Below, in pieces: positions 38,479 through 48,642 of a stretch of DNA of 64,000 nucleotides. Source of the stretch: Shigella phage SSG23; sequence record PQ351811. One strand, written 5' to 3'. The stretch's first letter is position 1. Every line of letters starts with the position of its first letter. The notes under the pieces are model-generated. The model had not been told where the DNA came from and ran no database searches. It saw only the letters and a program-made list of their open reading frames with translations. A program made the position numbers and the translations under genes.

Positions 38479-38718
38479 TTATTTAGGTACTTGACTATCA
38501 CTAGGTTTATCTTGCTCGTTGCTATCTTCCGACTGATCTTTATTAAACTCCTTATAAAGTTCTTCCACAAAACGGTCATCAATTGGCGTATTGGTATAAG
38601 CCGCAAGACGACGAGCGCAATAGAAGAAAATTTTAGTGAGCATCTTTTCACTAATTAACTTTGATAATAGTTTCATTCCGAAACTAGACAAAGCACCAAT
38701 GACGATATTATAGACCAT
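38479..38718 (-). CDS. hypothetical small protein
   Basis: 79-aa ORF between gene 37 and t, with hydrophobic N-terminus; not gp38-like. Confidence 0.35.
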   Translation of the reverse strand: MVYNIVIGALSSFGMKLLSKLISEKMLTKIFFYCARRLAAYTNTPIDDRFVEELYKEFNKDQSEDSNEQDKPSDSQVPK

Positions 38719-38760
38719 AGCCGTTTCTCCTTAGTAGTTTCCCTTCCCTGGGAGTTTTCC

Positions 38761-41703
38761 TTAATTCTTTTTAAGTTCCGCTAGTTCAGCTTTAACGGCT
38801 TTCAATTCTTCGCTCATTTCCTGAAACGCCTTAATTAAAAGAGCGTTGACAGCAGAGTTAGAAATTGTTAATATCTCTTCTGGTTTATCTGGATCGCCGA
38901 CCTTAGAAGTTGTTACGGCTTCCGGCAATTCTTTTTCAAGATCCTGTGCAATAATACCAACTTCATGAGCAATGACAGTACGGTCAGTTAAAGATTTAAC
39001 CTTATCGTAGGTGTATACAGTCAAGCGATTAACTTTATCGGTGGCATTCTCTTTATACTCTTCCTTGTTGATTTTAAGGCGAGCATCAGAACGAATATAC
39101 ACATCGTTAAACGAACCGTTACGACCTACCGACATATCACCGGAGGCGTTAAAGTCAAAGTTGGCGTCATGAACGTTTAGGCGAGCTAAAGCATTGGTAA
39201 TAGTACCACTAGGAACATGTACACCCATTGCTGCGATATGATATTTACCCCAATGCGTCGCTTTCCATACGTTATGTGCCGAGTCAACGGATTGAGGACA
39301 CCCAACCATAAGGCCAGCAGCACGGTCACGCCAGCTAGCCCAACTACCGCCAGCAACTTCACCACGAATCAGGCCATTACCGCCACCAGTTACAGTACCA
39401 GCTTCCAATTGGATCATTTTATCTGCAAATTTCCACGTCTGGGCTTGTTTCTGACCACGGAAGCGAATAACACCAGCATCATCGGAATACATCAAACCTA
39501 GTTCTAAACCGTCTGGATCTCTAAACCAGATATGCTTATTACCAGTGCGACGAAATTCAATATCAGCACCGTTCAAAAGAATATTGCCGCCAGTGTGAAT
39601 TGCTTGAGGCTTAACAGTACCGTTGATGGCAAACTCAATTGCAGAAGTACCCGGACCGCCAGGCCGTTGAGTATACCAATGCCAACCACTTTCATCTACA
39701 CACTCGAAAACCTGTTTACGGGAACCACTATTACCCCATGCACGAATGTTAAAGCCAGATGTGGCTGTACCCTTGCCCCACGTTAATTTCCCTTCTGTGG
39801 TTAAATCCCCTCGGAAGTGAGCAAGCAATCCACCATCAGCATTACGTTCGGTTGTAAAATGTGTTCCTTTCGTGTCTTCAAATTGTAAAACATTATATCG
39901 TCCAGCGTTACTATTCCCCCAATGGTTAATAGTGAAAGAATCCATCGACTGATTCCCACCCGCAGAGAAAGTAAGCAATCCTTTTTCTAAGAATACATTG
40001 TTGCTAAAACGAGCAGCACGGCTATCTCTTTCGAGAACTAATGCGCCTTCGTTACCATCACCACCTAAAGTAACTTTACCATTTGTCAAATCGTAGATGA
40101 ATGGTCGGTTGCCGTTCCATCCACCAAAACGGTCATTTTCTTCTGTGGAAAGAAGATAAATTTTCGTACCGTCATTACGCCAGAATGCACCGTAATTACC
40201 AAAGATCATGCGATATGCATCTGAGTTAGCGGAATAGTATTGTCCGTTGGTATATACAATTTTTGTTTTTCCTGTAGTCAAATTTACTTGTCCACTACCT
40301 TCCAAATCAAATGAGTTAGCACCAACATCATTACGCCACACAAAACCATCACTAGTACCATCCGCATGACCGATATAACCACTACGTTGGTTTTTACCAT
40401 CACGACGATCCCACCACGCCATATAGGCAGCTTGATCAGTCTGGCGATGTAAAGTCATCGCATTACCACTACCGTGCAATTCCATTTTACCAGTAATTAC
40501 ATATCCTTTATAGCTACCAGGTATAGCACTATTAGAATCAACTCTAAGAACTTCCGTAGAATCTGTAACACCAGTAGCAAGACGATATACAGCACCCTGA
40601 ACGGTTTCATGCCAAACCATTTCATTATAGTTACTACGGAATTTACGAATATATTTCCTACCAGTACCTCTATCATTACTCAAGTGAACAATATCATAGC
40701 TATTTTGTGTGTTGTCGTCAAAACTCAACACACCTCGTTTGTTTTCGGTGTTGAAAAGAGTTACAGCGCGACCGCCAATAACATTATCGCCAGCAGGACG
40801 TTCAGCAACAAAATCTGGAACGTCATGCACTGTTAAATTAACATCAACACTTTTACCAAATTCAACAATAACGTTATCAGTATAACGCTGATATTTCACA
40901 TAGATATCATAGTTATCGCCAGAAGTGTTAACAGCCAAAACATCAAATGATTTGTTTGTATTTCGGCGATATGCAATAACGTTAACACCTTTAGGGCGAT
41001 TATTTCCACTACGAATAACAATTTCTACAATATCAACTTGATCGTATGCAGTAACGTTATATCCGTTGCCGCCATGAATACGGAAAAATACGCTACGCCC
41101 ATTTTGTGGAATCATTGCAGTTGCTAATTTAAAATAGCCTTCAACGGTATCAACAGGAACTGTAGCAAGTTTAACGTTCTTAACAAACATTCTATCTACT
41201 TCTTGTTTGCTATAAACGTTCAATTCTCCTGGAGTTGGCTTATCACCTTCGTGATACATGCGGTAACTGAATCTCTTGTTGCCATCCTTATCAAAACCAT
41301 AGGTTTTAACCTGAGAGGAACTAGAACCATATTGAAATTCAAACCCGCGACCGTGTGCTTTACCGTTAGAATGAGGAATGTTCAGAATCAAGTTAGACCA
41401 ACCATCAGCATTATTCGTTCGAAACGCACCAAATTTGTCAAGGTCGCGAGCGGTTGAATCGTCCATATAGTTAGCGGTTTTACCTAAAATATAGTTGTCG
41501 CCGTCAACCTTACCAGCGAATCTAACTTGTCGGTCATAAACCGGAGGACAACTTAAATTGATAATAGCACCGGAATCATTTTTAGTAAGAAGATATTGAT
41601 CCGCAAGGTTGATTGCCAATTCCCCCGGATTCATCGTACCAGCATCAGGTCGACGACCTTTAGTGCTAGTGCGTTTAAATTGGATTCTGCTTAAATCTGC
41701 CAT
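38761..41703 (-). CDS. 37: long tail fibre distal subunit gp37 with C-terminal intramolecular chaperone domain
   Basis: N-terminus MADLSRIQFKRTSTKGRRPDAGTMNPGELAINL matches T4 gp37; C-terminus has SDARLKINKEEY-type autoproteolytic chaperone motif and a coiled coil. Confidence 0.9.
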   Translation of the reverse strand: MADLSRIQFKRTSTKGRRPDAGTMNPGELAINLADQYLLTKNDSGAIINLSCPPVYDRQVRFAGKVDGDNYILGKTANYMDDSTARDLDKFGAFRTNNADGWSNLILNIPHSNGKAHGRGFEFQYGSSSSQVKTYGFDKDGNKRFSYRMYHEGDKPTPGELNVYSKQEVDRMFVKNVKLATVPVDTVEGYFKLATAMIPQNGRSVFFRIHGGNGYNVTAYDQVDIVEIVIRSGNNRPKGVNVIAYRRNTNKSFDVLAVNTSGDNYDIYVKYQRYTDNVIVEFGKSVDVNLTVHDVPDFVAERPAGDNVIGGRAVTLFNTENKRGVLSFDDNTQNSYDIVHLSNDRGTGRKYIRKFRSNYNEMVWHETVQGAVYRLATGVTDSTEVLRVDSNSAIPGSYKGYVITGKMELHGSGNAMTLHRQTDQAAYMAWWDRRDGKNQRSGYIGHADGTSDGFVWRNDVGANSFDLEGSGQVNLTTGKTKIVYTNGQYYSANSDAYRMIFGNYGAFWRNDGTKIYLLSTEENDRFGGWNGNRPFIYDLTNGKVTLGGDGNEGALVLERDSRAARFSNNVFLEKGLLTFSAGGNQSMDSFTINHWGNSNAGRYNVLQFEDTKGTHFTTERNADGGLLAHFRGDLTTEGKLTWGKGTATSGFNIRAWGNSGSRKQVFECVDESGWHWYTQRPGGPGTSAIEFAINGTVKPQAIHTGGNILLNGADIEFRRTGNKHIWFRDPDGLELGLMYSDDAGVIRFRGQKQAQTWKFADKMIQLEAGTVTGGGNGLIRGEVAGGSWASWRDRAAGLMVGCPQSVDSAHNVWKATHWGKYHIAAMGVHVPSGTITNALARLNVHDANFDFNASGDMSVGRNGSFNDVYIRSDARLKINKEEYKENATDKVNRLTVYTYDKVKSLTDRTVIAHEVGIIAQDLEKELPEAVTTSKVGDPDKPEEILTISNSAVNALLIKAFQEMSEELKAVKAELAELKKN

Positions 41704-41746
41704 TTGATAAAATCCTTAAACGGTTATTAGAATAATATTATTTAGA

Positions 41747-41765
41747 AAAGCGGGGAGATAATCCC
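41747..41765 (-). other. intergenic stem-loop between genes 36 and 37
   Basis: GCGGGGA-gataa-TCCCCGC. Confidence 0.4.
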
Positions 41766-41773
41766 CGCTAAAA

Positions 41774-43264
41774 TTAGAAAGTACCAAAATCAATCACCGC
41801 ATTAAGTGGAACCGCGCCAACCTCTGCGGGTGTCGGTTTATGGCCTTCGTGGTAAAGTTCATAGCGATCTGTGTCTTGAGTATTTCCACGCGCTTTAATG
41901 AAAACAGCTTTAGAATCGTGTGTAATACCCAATTTTTCGGTGGCTTTGATATCGCTGATACGGTGAATCATAGCCGTGCCATCGGCACTATTTAACCCAG
42001 CATAGTAGTTATCACCGTTATATGCACCTCTAGCCGTTTTAACGCCATTTGCAGCCGGAACAGTTAACGGTCCTGTCATGGTGTCGCCAGTTACGTTAAC
42101 ATAGCGAATATCGGCTAATTTACGGTGATCTACATAGTTCCATGCAGTCCACGATTCATTAGAACAGGAACGCCAGCACATCGGATGGTCAATAGATTCA
42201 GGATAATACACCTGAACAATTCGACGAGTACCGACCGCATCTTCTGGGCGGTATACCATCAAAACGCCGTTATAATAGCTATCAGACGGTTTATTAGTAC
42301 CTGATCCAGCATTTTCCACACGATAGATACCGCGATTAATAAGAGTGTTCCAATCAACGTTTCCAATGATGGTTGGATTTGCTACCATTGATTTTTTCTC
42401 AAAGTAGCTCAAACGAACCAATTCATTAGGACCAGCAGGATCGTTTGTCGCCAACATTCTAGGCGCTTGCAAGTTACCTTCCATAATATCACCAGCACGT
42501 TTAACCTGTGCATCATTGGTGACATTACCTAGACCAACATCGGCTTTAGTTGGTTTATTGTTGGTGTGATAAAAACGACCTTCTTTGCCATTAACAAAAA
42601 TGGTAGGCTCATCTTTACTTCGGAATACCAACGTATCAAGAACGTTACCATAATAGATTTTAGTGGCATCAAAATTAATTAAATCACGTCCCCTTGCAAT
42701 TAATTTCGAATCAACCGATAATTTAACTGTGACAGTGTTTAAATTATATGTTCCTGAGAGAGTATCACCGCGACGGGAGACTAAATCCAAATCATTATTC
42801 GTCGGTTTATTGACAGGGCTATAGACGCGCTGACCTGTGTCTTTAATGGTTGTCCCTTCGATAGTCCCTTTAGACTTAAATTCGCCCGTTGTGGTGTCAA
42901 TATAAGCCATGATAACACCATCACGGGCATTAACAAAGCCGATTGACTTCCATGAATGCAAACCCCAGCTTACACCGTCAAAATTAGCGGCATCGCTCTG
43001 TCCTTTAAAAATACCGTTCTTTTTGGTTTCCCCAGCCGATGCACTACCTACGCTTAAACCTTCCTCAAAATGAACTTGCTTTTGAAATGTACCACCCTCG
43101 GATGCACTAACAGCATCAAAATCGGTAGCCGAAGGTCTATCAAAAGCGGTATAGATTTTATGACCTTTGTAGAAAAGCTGATCTCCCGCTGGCTGGATCG
43201 TCAAGTTTCCTTGCGTCCAAATGGGAGATCCGCCTACAGTAGATCCATGTTTCAAATCTGCCAT
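41774..43264 (-). CDS. 36: long tail fibre distal connector gp36
   Basis: N-terminus MADLKHGSTVGGSPIWTQGN matches T4 gp36 (MADLKVGSTTGGSVIWHQGN); longer than the T4 protein. Confidence 0.8.
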   Translation of the reverse strand: MADLKHGSTVGGSPIWTQGNLTIQPAGDQLFYKGHKIYTAFDRPSATDFDAVSASEGGTFQKQVHFEEGLSVGSASAGETKKNGIFKGQSDAANFDGVSWGLHSWKSIGFVNARDGVIMAYIDTTTGEFKSKGTIEGTTIKDTGQRVYSPVNKPTNNDLDLVSRRGDTLSGTYNLNTVTVKLSVDSKLIARGRDLINFDATKIYYGNVLDTLVFRSKDEPTIFVNGKEGRFYHTNNKPTKADVGLGNVTNDAQVKRAGDIMEGNLQAPRMLATNDPAGPNELVRLSYFEKKSMVANPTIIGNVDWNTLINRGIYRVENAGSGTNKPSDSYYNGVLMVYRPEDAVGTRRIVQVYYPESIDHPMCWRSCSNESWTAWNYVDHRKLADIRYVNVTGDTMTGPLTVPAANGVKTARGAYNGDNYYAGLNSADGTAMIHRISDIKATEKLGITHDSKAVFIKARGNTQDTDRYELYHEGHKPTPAEVGAVPLNAVIDFGTF

Positions 43265-43297
43265 AAAGTAACCTCAAAAATTAGTTATAGTTCCGAG

Positions 43298-43305
43298 TAT
43301 TTATA
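43298..43305 (-). promoter_or_regulatory. T4-type late promoter (TATAAATA) upstream of gene 36
   Basis: + strand reads TATTTATA, i.e. TATAAATA on the - strand, about 35 nt upstream of the gene 36 start. Confidence 0.5.
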
Positions 43306-43419
43306 GAATGTTAACAAAATATCGCTTCGCGACGTGCCGTAGGCACTGACTATTTTTTAACCGAAACAAACTTTTCTATATTCTAAAGATCTTTCTTCGT
43401 TTTGGCTACGTTTTAACCA

Positions 43420-43455
43420 ACTGTATAAAAATAAAGCCGACCACATGGATCGGCT
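43420..43455 (-). terminator. rho-independent terminator after gene 35
   Basis: On the - strand: AGCCGA-TCCATGTGG-TCGGCT followed by TTTATTTTTATAC; nearly identical to the + strand terminator at 32852. Confidence 0.6.
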
Positions 43456-43466
43456 TGTTAAAAATG

Positions 43467-44606
43467 TTAATCAACATCGAACTCTTTAAAGTTGTTGGAT
43501 GTGATATGTTTATTATCTCTAGGCAGCTTAAGAAGACTCATTACAGGGTTAGTAAAATCACCGTTATCCTGAATATGAGTTGTTCTAACACCATTAACAC
43601 CAAAGGAAGTAGGACCAGTCGTTTTGACAACCCCACTGATCGGCGTTATTAGTATGTTTCTAACTTTAACAATACCTTCATTGGAGTTGGTTGGATATCT
43701 AACGCAACCAGTTACTACACTATCAACTCCTTCCGGTACAGTATAAACAGCTTCAAACTTTTCCCATTGATCTTTTTTGCTGGCATTGTATCGAACACCA
43801 GTTTTGTATTGTCCATCAGTAAAATAGTTGTGATAGAAACGCGCTGTTACGTTAGCTGCGGCTGCGGCACTATCACGGAACAATTCAAAAGATATTGATA
43901 GTTTGTCACCCGCCTTTATGTTAAAATCTTCAAGTGGTGCGCTGATCTCATCATGAGGCCATTGTATTAGCTCGAAATGTTCGGCATCTTCGCTAACATA
44001 CTCAACCGGATAATCTAAAAATCTCTGTGGTGTTCCTGTGATCGCAAGATCATCTATAGTATCATAAACCTTCTCAATTTGTATAGACGAATCTTGTCCT
44101 TCCCCGTGGGTCGCTTGCATACCCTCACAAACAATTTTACCCATTTTCGTAGAATAAATTGCTGCATATGATACACGAGGCATTTGCTGTAACAAAATAT
44201 GGTTAGGGAATGATACAGCCCCCAGCTTAGAGAATACATCATCGCTTACCGGGTCTGCAAACAATTCTCCATGCGTTGCCATCGCAATGATATAGTCACC
44301 TTTCAGCAAAGAAAGATAATCACGCATTGCCAAAACAGCACCCCGACCATAGAATACCTTTTCTTCGTGTAGTTGTCCAGTTTGGGTAAGAACTTTAAAA
44401 TTTAGGCCAGTTTCATAGCCAGTCCCGACGATCTCCACTCCATTAAATCTAATCCTTGCTGGTTTGGTAGAATCCGCATTAGATCCGCGTACTTCCAGCT
44501 TATACATCACAGAGTTGTTTTCTGAAATGCTTGTAAATGTCGCGGAGTCCTCATCGAAATGCGCAAATTTAATTCCAGTGTTGCGTAATTCTATCTCTTG
44601 TGTCAT
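43467..44606 (-). CDS. 35: long tail fibre hinge connector gp35
   Basis: 379 aa versus T4 gp35 372 aa; conserved position between 34 and 36. Confidence 0.7.
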   Translation of the reverse strand: MTQEIELRNTGIKFAHFDEDSATFTSISENNSVMYKLEVRGSNADSTKPARIRFNGVEIVGTGYETGLNFKVLTQTGQLHEEKVFYGRGAVLAMRDYLSLLKGDYIIAMATHGELFADPVSDDVFSKLGAVSFPNHILLQQMPRVSYAAIYSTKMGKIVCEGMQATHGEGQDSSIQIEKVYDTIDDLAITGTPQRFLDYPVEYVSEDAEHFELIQWPHDEISAPLEDFNIKAGDKLSISFELFRDSAAAAANVTARFYHNYFTDGQYKTGVRYNASKKDQWEKFEAVYTVPEGVDSVVTGCVRYPTNSNEGIVKVRNILITPISGVVKTTGPTSFGVNGVRTTHIQDNGDFTNPVMSLLKLPRDNKHITSNNFKEFDVD

Positions 44607-44618
44607 AATAACCCCATA

Positions 44619-44634
44619 GGGGGCTTTCGCCCCC
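44619..44634 (-). other. intergenic stem-loop between genes 34 and 35
   Basis: GGGGGC-tttc-GCCCCC. Confidence 0.4.
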
Positions 44635-44639
44635 TTTAA

Positions 44640-47600
44640 TTAGTCTTCCCAGATAAAGTCTACGGTACGAGTCAGATTATTGGCGATGATTTTAACATTA
44701 CCAACTTTGATCCAATCACGAACCGTCATAGAGTTCATTAAACCACCTTCCGCAACCACTGCCCCGATTTCCTGAGCGGTAGGCTTATTCTGTTTGGTGT
44801 AAATTTCACCCCAGGCGGTCCATTGACCACCAGTACCGGAACGGATATAATGTTTATGAGTACCATCAGGGGACCAAAGCTGGGTAAGCCCGTCCTCGTC
44901 AGTGCCCCATTGCATCAGAGTACCGTTTTTCTTCTCTGGATAAGTATCTTTGATGTTCTTGGTAGTAACGCGCATATTCCAGAAACCGATATTACCGATT
45001 GCCGGAGCGGTTGCCGCGCTAGCTTCATGCTTAACAGAAACAATAGGCGCATTATCCATAATCAGCTTACCGACCATTGTATCGCCAGCATTCTTAACAA
45101 ACTGACGGTTAAGAACTTCGTCAGCGTTTCCTGCGTGTACGATCTGATATTTCTGTCCGGCGATCTCTGTAGTTAACGTTTGATAACCTGCCTTGATGTT
45201 AACACTTCCACCGTGACCGATATTCAACATACCATCAGGGGAACGAGTCATTGCCGGATTAGACTGGTCAACAATGTATAAACCGCCTTGTTTCGCATAC
45301 AGGTTACGACCTGCAATAAAGTCTCGATATGCTGCCGCGTCGCCATTATGTTCCATAGCAAAGGCGTAATGCTCGACAAATCCAGAATCGTTAATCTTAC
45401 CAAAAGCGATAGCATCACTATCAACAACTTGCGCTGTTCCAGTACCACCAACGATAATAGACCATGAGTTTTCCATACCTTCCGATGCGGTTGTGCCGTG
45501 CAGAGTAATTCCGGTGTGACCGTCAACTCCACGCTCACCCAATACCAGATGACCATTACTCGGATCATCAGTCGAGTTCTTAGTCACAAACAGAGTTTCA
45601 AAGGAACCAGATTTTAAGCACTCTAAATCGCCCTTCACGTTAACGTTTTTATTAAACGTGTAATTGCTCTCAATGGTCTGGTCAATGTCTCTACGCGCCC
45701 ATTTAGCGGCCTCTACGTTACCCAATTTCAAACTATTCTGAGCGGTTGCCATCTTAGGTAAGAAATTAGCAAGTGCGTAGTTTAATCCTTTAGGGGTAAC
45801 AGCTATTCCGTCATGCTGGTAATTTCCTAGTTCTTGAGTAGAACCTTGCAGATTATCACCAACAAAACAGTTTTCCTGAGTAGCAACTTTCAAGAAACCA
45901 CGACGCGCTTCGGTTGCTTTCCATGTATCCTCTGTCTGAACAACATATTTGAAGTTCTTCGGAGAAATTGCTACATTGTCCAGTGTACCAGCGACGGTTT
46001 CGGCTTGAGTACCAACTCGGATAATACCTTCTTTAACTTCGGTGGCCTTTTTGCCTTGCAGCTTTTTAGGGGTAATGATCGTGGCGTCATCTTTTCCCGC
46101 ATCGGTAAGCTGAGTAGTAGCAACTTTAGCGACACCTTTTGTATCTTCGGTTGCATCAAGACCGCTGATCATGATACCTTGCCACAAATCACCAGTAAGG
46201 TTAAGCCCCTGAGTCGGATCTACTTTCAAACGCTGTGCATTCTCAAAGAAGGTTTTAATCTTCAATGGGGTAGAAATGCGAGCGTCGTCACGACCTGCGT
46301 CAAATTCCGGCTGAGTTGCAATTTCTGCTAAACCGTGTAGAGTTTCCGTCGCACGGCGAGTATGCAGCTTTTTAGGCGTGATGATATGGTTATCACTCTG
46401 ACCTAAGTTTGTTTCTTCCTGAGTTGCAATTTCAGCGATACCAGTACGCGATTCGGTAGCAGTACGTTTCGTTAGCGTGCGAGTAGTGATCAGCAATGCA
46501 TCTTGCGGGGTTGATTCTGTAGCCCCTTGCACTTCCGCGTCAGTTGCCAGATAGCCAACACCACGGGAAGTTTCGGTCGCCTTGACCTCGTTGATGTTTT
46601 GTGGTGTAACAATTTTAGCATGGTCATTGATGTTATAGATCCCTGTACCAGCTTCGCCACGTCGAGCGGCAGCACGACCGCCTACCTGAACAATTTCAGC
46701 AATACCAGCGAGGTCTTCGGAAGCGCGACGTTCTTCTAATTTCTTAGGAGTAATAGCGCGGGTATCGTCTAAACCTTCATTGGTTTCGTGCTGGGTTGCA
46801 ATTTCCATCACACCACGACGGGCTTCGGTAGCAACACAGTCATTTAACTTTTTAGGTGTAACGATAACATCATCCAGGAAGCTGGAACCAGTATCTTGAT
46901 GCGTTTCCGCCTGAGTAGCAATACGAGCAATACCGCGTCGAGTTTCGTTGGCGGTTTTATTAGCCAGCATTTTTGGCGTTACTGCAACTTCGTCGCTAGG
47001 ATTCTCTTCATGGTTTTTATTCGTTTCATTCTGGGTAGCCAGTGCAATTACACCAACACGCTCTTTGCGAGTCGGATCTACTCGTTCTACGATCGGGTGA
47101 GCGTGTGCTACCAACCAGTGTTTCTTACCATCATCACCTTCTGAATAAGAGAACTCCAGATAAGGTACATAATCATTTGCAGCGTTGAACGACAATTCAG
47201 ACACTTCCTTCCACGTCTCGGTCCCGTTGAATGGGTACTCGCTACGTTTCGGAAACTGAACCATGTTTTTCTGCATAAGGATTTTTGTATCCTCTGCGGC
47301 GGTGATAATACGGCAATTCTGGTTTCCGTGCATATACTGCATAGAAACTTGGATACGATCACCAGGCTCGACGTTGGTCGGTAGCGTCAGAGTAACATCA
47401 TGATCACCAAATACAGCAACATAGCTATTAGGTTGCAAGCGAGTGTCATCGATGATCGGTTTAAGACGAACAGACTGATCACCATCCCACACACGCCATA
47501 AGTTTTCCGGCTTATCAAAGATGAATACACCATGACCGCTACGCTTACCGATAATCTCTTTTAGACCGAACGTGCCGATTGATTGTTCTTCTGCGTGCTC

Positions 47601-48380
47601 ATGGACTTTAACCGTAACGTGGTTGGTTGCGGTTAATCCGTCAAGGTCTGTAGTCTGGATCATGTCGCCATTGTTGGCAAACTTAGGAAGCACTAAGGTA
47701 ATATTACCCAATGAACTACGACGAAATACTTGATCACCATTCTGCATTTGAATAGCATCAATTGCTGGCTGTGCGTACACACCGCGCGGCTCTGTTCCCG
47801 TCTGATAAACGTGCCAACGATTGCGAACAAAGATGAAATAGTTCATTGCATAAGGGGTAGTGCAATGCCATTTTCGGTTATACACATTACCGTTATGATA
47901 GAACTCATGCCCTGAACTCAAGAACGATAATTCGTTAACACCACACTTGCCACCGATATCTTTTACTGTTATAGTGTCTCCCTCTGCTGGTTTATTTGGC
48001 ATAGAGAAAGTCAAGTTTGCAAATTGACCATCTGCTGCGATATAATCACCAGACTTTAAAGGAGTATCACCGGAAGTTGCTGCAACATAGTCCCAACGTG
48101 GGTCCGTGCGCAGTGCTTGCCATTTAGTCGGGTCAAAATCACCTGCTGGCTTTGTGATATCTTCTTTTGCATAATACGGGCGGTTTTGATAGATTGTAGT
48201 TCCGTATTGATCATAACCGCGAGTTGTGTCATACTGAGTAATACCATTATGGTAATTGAAAAATTCAACGTTGACCGCATCGGTGTTGACATTCTTATCA
48301 GCCAATGCTACATTGACGACCTTTTCATTACCAGCGTCAAAGCCAAATGTGGCCTTGAAATGTTGAGAAAAATCTGCCAT
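44640..48380 (-). CDS. 34: long tail fibre proximal subunit gp34
   Basis: 1246 aa with repeated TRRGIARIATQ / ITPKKL motifs as in T4 gp34; preceded by a TATAAATA late promoter. Confidence 0.9.
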   Translation of the reverse strand: MADFSQHFKATFGFDAGNEKVVNVALADKNVNTDAVNVEFFNYHNGITQYDTTRGYDQYGTTIYQNRPYYAKEDITKPAGDFDPTKWQALRTDPRWDYVAATSGDTPLKSGDYIAADGQFANLTFSMPNKPAEGDTITVKDIGGKCGVNELSFLSSGHEFYHNGNVYNRKWHCTTPYAMNYFIFVRNRWHVYQTGTEPRGVYAQPAIDAIQMQNGDQVFRRSSLGNITLVLPKFANNGDMIQTTDLDGLTATNHVTVKVHEHAEEQSIGTFGLKEIIGKRSGHGVFIFDKPENLWRVWDGDQSVRLKPIIDDTRLQPNSYVAVFGDHDVTLTLPTNVEPGDRIQVSMQYMHGNQNCRIITAAEDTKILMQKNMVQFPKRSEYPFNGTETWKEVSELSFNAANDYVPYLEFSYSEGDDGKKHWLVAHAHPIVERVDPTRKERVGVIALATQNETNKNHEENPSDEVAVTPKMLANKTANETRRGIARIATQAETHQDTGSSFLDDVIVTPKKLNDCVATEARRGVMEIATQHETNEGLDDTRAITPKKLEERRASEDLAGIAEIVQVGGRAAARRGEAGTGIYNINDHAKIVTPQNINEVKATETSRGVGYLATDAEVQGATESTPQDALLITTRTLTKRTATESRTGIAEIATQEETNLGQSDNHIITPKKLHTRRATETLHGLAEIATQPEFDAGRDDARISTPLKIKTFFENAQRLKVDPTQGLNLTGDLWQGIMISGLDATEDTKGVAKVATTQLTDAGKDDATIITPKKLQGKKATEVKEGIIRVGTQAETVAGTLDNVAISPKNFKYVVQTEDTWKATEARRGFLKVATQENCFVGDNLQGSTQELGNYQHDGIAVTPKGLNYALANFLPKMATAQNSLKLGNVEAAKWARRDIDQTIESNYTFNKNVNVKGDLECLKSGSFETLFVTKNSTDDPSNGHLVLGERGVDGHTGITLHGTTASEGMENSWSIIVGGTGTAQVVDSDAIAFGKINDSGFVEHYAFAMEHNGDAAAYRDFIAGRNLYAKQGGLYIVDQSNPAMTRSPDGMLNIGHGGSVNIKAGYQTLTTEIAGQKYQIVHAGNADEVLNRQFVKNAGDTMVGKLIMDNAPIVSVKHEASAATAPAIGNIGFWNMRVTTKNIKDTYPEKKNGTLMQWGTDEDGLTQLWSPDGTHKHYIRSGTGGQWTAWGEIYTKQNKPTAQEIGAVVAEGGLMNSMTVRDWIKVGNVKIIANNLTRTVDFIWED

Positions 48381-48408
48381 TATTGGGTCTCCTTTTATAG
48401 TATGTTCA

Positions 48409-48416
48409 TATTTATA
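48409..48416 (-). promoter_or_regulatory. T4-type late promoter (TATAAATA) upstream of gene 34
   Basis: + strand reads TATTTATA; about 30 nt upstream of the gene 34 start on the - strand. Confidence 0.5.
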
Positions 48417-48454
48417 AAATGAGGCTTGATAGAAACAAAAGAGGATGATATACT

Positions 48455-48640
48455 ATGGTTAAAGTTGATTTGTCAGACGGCGCAAAATGGATAGTTGACA
48501 GAATCCCAGATAAGGATTACAATTATTTCCGTGCCGAATTAAACAATGCAATTCTGCGAGTTATGGAGAAATACGGGTATGATCGTGAAGTATCTAACTC
48601 GTTTGGCGAATATGTTGTTGTGAGAGTGGAGAGAACTTAA
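48455..48640 (+). CDS. hypothetical protein
   Basis: 61-aa ORF with GAGGATGA RBS. Confidence 0.4.
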   Translation: MVKVDLSDGAKWIVDRIPDKDYNYFRAELNNAILRVMEKYGYDREVSNSFGEYVVVRVERT

Positions 48641-48642
48641 TT

